This document shows, piece by piece, positions 61,219-64,000 of a stretch of DNA of 64,000 nucleotides (position 1 is the first letter of the stretch; the number at the start of each line of letters is the position of its first letter). The stretch lies in assembly GCA_000182565.2 (NCBI GenBank), contig KQ257464.1. One strand, given 5' to 3'. The DNA comes from Spizellomyces punctatus DAOM BR117 (Eukaryota). The notes beneath the pieces were generated by a model that was not told where the DNA came from, made no database searches, and saw only the letters and a program-made list of their open reading frames with translations. Position numbers and translations under genes: made by a program.

Positions 61219-64000
61219 ATGGCCACGCCGACCTTATCACCTGCCGAACGACTCGCAGCTTTGGAACGAGCTATCCGACGTCGCTCTGATGCGTCGGATG
61301 CGTCCATCATCAGCGGGACCGATGATGAGGATGATGTCGAGACGGCAAGACGAAAAAGCACTGCGGGGAGGCTGGTGTGGGGTGAAGGCGGTGAAGGGAC
61401 ATGGATGCCTTATGGAACTGAAGAGGAGGCAGGGACAATTTTGCCGGGGTCCGGGAGGAGGATTGGAGGTGTCAAAAAGGTGGAAAAGGATGATACAGAG
61501 GCCGATGGTGAGGAGTACAAAGAGAATAGTGGAGTAGACGAGGTTGAAGGGGCTGATGAAAATACTGACATGATCCCCGCATCCGAGGCAGATTCAATGC
61601 ACCATCCCGAAATATCAGGAGCACCTATACACAGAGTTGGATCAGATCTTCCCCTTTCACCATCACCACCACTTGTAGAATCCACCTCAAACATCACATC
61701 GGAGGCATCTCTGTCATCCGCCATCCCTCTCCCACGAAGCGATACCCGAGCCGTGAGCTGGGCCGATGCCAACAAAGATCGAATCATTGTGGGCGAGATC
61801 CCTGCATTCGCTATGCGCCCATTGCACGAACCCACCGAAGGATTGACATCTTTATCATCGTCTTCATCTTCCTTGAGTGGATTTACAGGGGATATTGCGT
61901 CAGATGCTAGACGCGGTAAGCTTGCATTTTGTCGTCGTCGATGATTTTGAACTGTAGGATTTGATGCGCTGTTGGAATTTCAGTGCATTCCGCTCTTCAG
62001 GCTATGGAAGCAGTGGACAGATTTCTCTTGGGTTTAGACCGACCTTCAATGGGATTAGATAGTCAGACCACCGATGCTGTGTCGACCGAGGAGGCAGAGA
62101 CAGCGGCAAGTCCTGCCAGTGGACCCGTCCTGCGGCCAACCTCTGCATCCGTTCGATTAAGCGATTCAGCATACTTGCAAAGCCATCGAACCCAATCAAC
62201 CCCCATAACTCACGACGAACCCCTAAAGCCATACAACCGTGTCCAATCTGCTCCCGCTTCCCGGTCCAGAGGCACGTCTTTATGGCGAGGGAGTCGAACG
62301 TCGATATCAGCAAGCGGATCCCGTCCCAGTTGGTCCGCCTCGGCGGATTTTCGCAGACCTTCCGTTCAATTTTCTCTTTCATCTTTTCCACATACCGATT
62401 CGGATCCTGCTGAAGTTCGGAGGGATGCCAGTGCACAGGCCTTGAGGAACTCTCGGACCAGTATTACCGAGCCCAAACCACGGACAAGGGAGCGATCTTC
62501 CATGTCGGCCCGTATGGAAGATCTAGAAGTCGCCAAAGCCCGGTCCATTGCAGAAGCGATCACCCGAGCTGCTGCACAATGGGATCCATCTCAACGCCAA
62601 AGCAACAGCTCCTTGTACAGTTCTACTCGACCCAGCCGACCTGCTTCGGCACTGACGCTTGAAAAGAGAGCTGCATCGGCTGCATCGTGTGCGGCTGCTG
62701 CTACTGGTGGGAGGAGAAGCCGACCAGCCAGTGGGCGAATTGGTACTTCAGTACAAAATCTGGACACTAAGCCAAGTGAACCGCACCAAACCGGATTCCG
62801 TCTACCTAAAACCCCAAAAGAGCTCTGGTCTCTCGTTCGCGAAACCTACTGTCCGCGAATTTTTGATGCATTATCGGCTCGTGTTCCCCAGCCAATTCCG
62901 TACACCCTAACACTTCGCCATGGATTTCAGTTCAAGTATAGCCTTCGACATAGGCAAGCTCTAATCTGGGTGTGCCCGCATCTCAAAGTCCCTATCCACC
63001 ACGCAGACGGAAAGCTTGAGTCTGAGATGGACGGCGAAGAGGAAAGCCAGTCCCCAAAGGACAATGTCGATGATTCCGAATTCGATCTAAGAGCGCTTCC
63101 AGGACAATCAAAGTACCATTCGTACACCTTTGCTGCGGTCGACCGAACCGGCACTATTTCCTTATGGGATGTGGCGAGAAACACGGACACCAATCGTCCT
63201 AGGGGAGTCGTCAAATTGATGACTGAAATTACGGAGTTTGTCTTTATAAAGAAGTTTGCCGTATATGCTGCGTGTTCGCAGGATAAGAATATCAAGGTGC
63301 GTAGTATCTAGTACCTTCTTAACGTTGTTCATGTATCGGTTAACTGATGCAACGACCGTATCTACTCAGTTCTTTAACTCGCGATTTGAAATGACAAATC
63401 TACACCATACAATGGAGCCAATTCTATTGTAAGTATTCTACCAAGTCAAGATTCCTGGGCATGTCCATCTCATTAACTCGGCGTTACCAAAGCATACGCT
63501 ATAATTCCCTCAACCATGGTCTCGTTACTGCTGGATCACATTCAATTTGTGTGAGTACGTTAGACAAGCTACTGCCTCGGTGCGAGATACTAAACTGCGA
63601 CAACAGGTTTGGACAATGGAGGCTACAAAACATCGGTGCGTATAAAATCCGCATATGACGAGTTTCCTAGACTGACCAGGCATCCGACACTCTCTAGCAA
63701 CATTATCCGCGTCGTACCAACTGTAAAACATACGTTCCACACGCACCTTCCTCGCGACGAATGGATCTCTAATCTTTACCTTGACGAGAAGAATCTCCGT
63801 ATCTATGCCGTGGTCGATACGAAGATTTTGGTAGAGGGCAAGATGGCTTTCCATGCACTGCGTACTCGCTAGATACTGACCATGGATGGCGTAGGTATTT
63901 CACCAGACCCACGGCACTCATATCGACACCCTTCGCAACATCTCAACCCGCCACGTAAGCGCCCTTATCCACCACGACTTTTATCAATACACCTTGATTG
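61219..64000 (+). CDS. Large protein with disordered N-terminus and WD40-like repeats (runs off the window)
   Basis: VDRTGTISLWD, ACSQDKNIK|FF, LVTAGSHSIC|VW; several GT-AG introns. Confidence 0.55.

Overview
Intron-rich, gene-dense fungal DNA, most likely a chytrid (Spizellomyces or a close relative, judged from the Fanzor). The main system is a eukaryotic OMEGA RNA-guided nuclease locus. An intact Fanzor1 ORF (49030-50916, closely resembling SpuFz1) sits in a transposase-less TIR element that starts right after a CATA TAM, and its omegaRNA scaffold runs into a 100-N assembly gap. Two ~640-bp Fanzor-less 'ghost' elements (833-1472 and ~3099-3737) bracket ELP5. Each has an omegaRNA scaffold with compensatory base changes, a different guide, and a TATA box plus a putative spliced 56-codon ORF. 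Host genes: ELP5, YPI1, Pumilio, Sog2-like LRR, TEN1, malate synthase, PDI, JMJD5-like, INTS8-like, Skt5/Chs4-like, SPP1/CFP1-like, an SDR, a GH13 amylase, a pericentrin/AKAP9-like PACT protein, a GATA factor and a WD40 protein. At 35-41.3 kb there is a tandem family of small coiled-coil genes with a shared promoter motif, one copy carrying an inverted promoter. All calls come from manual reading and recalled motifs; no searches were run and exon boundaries are approximate.
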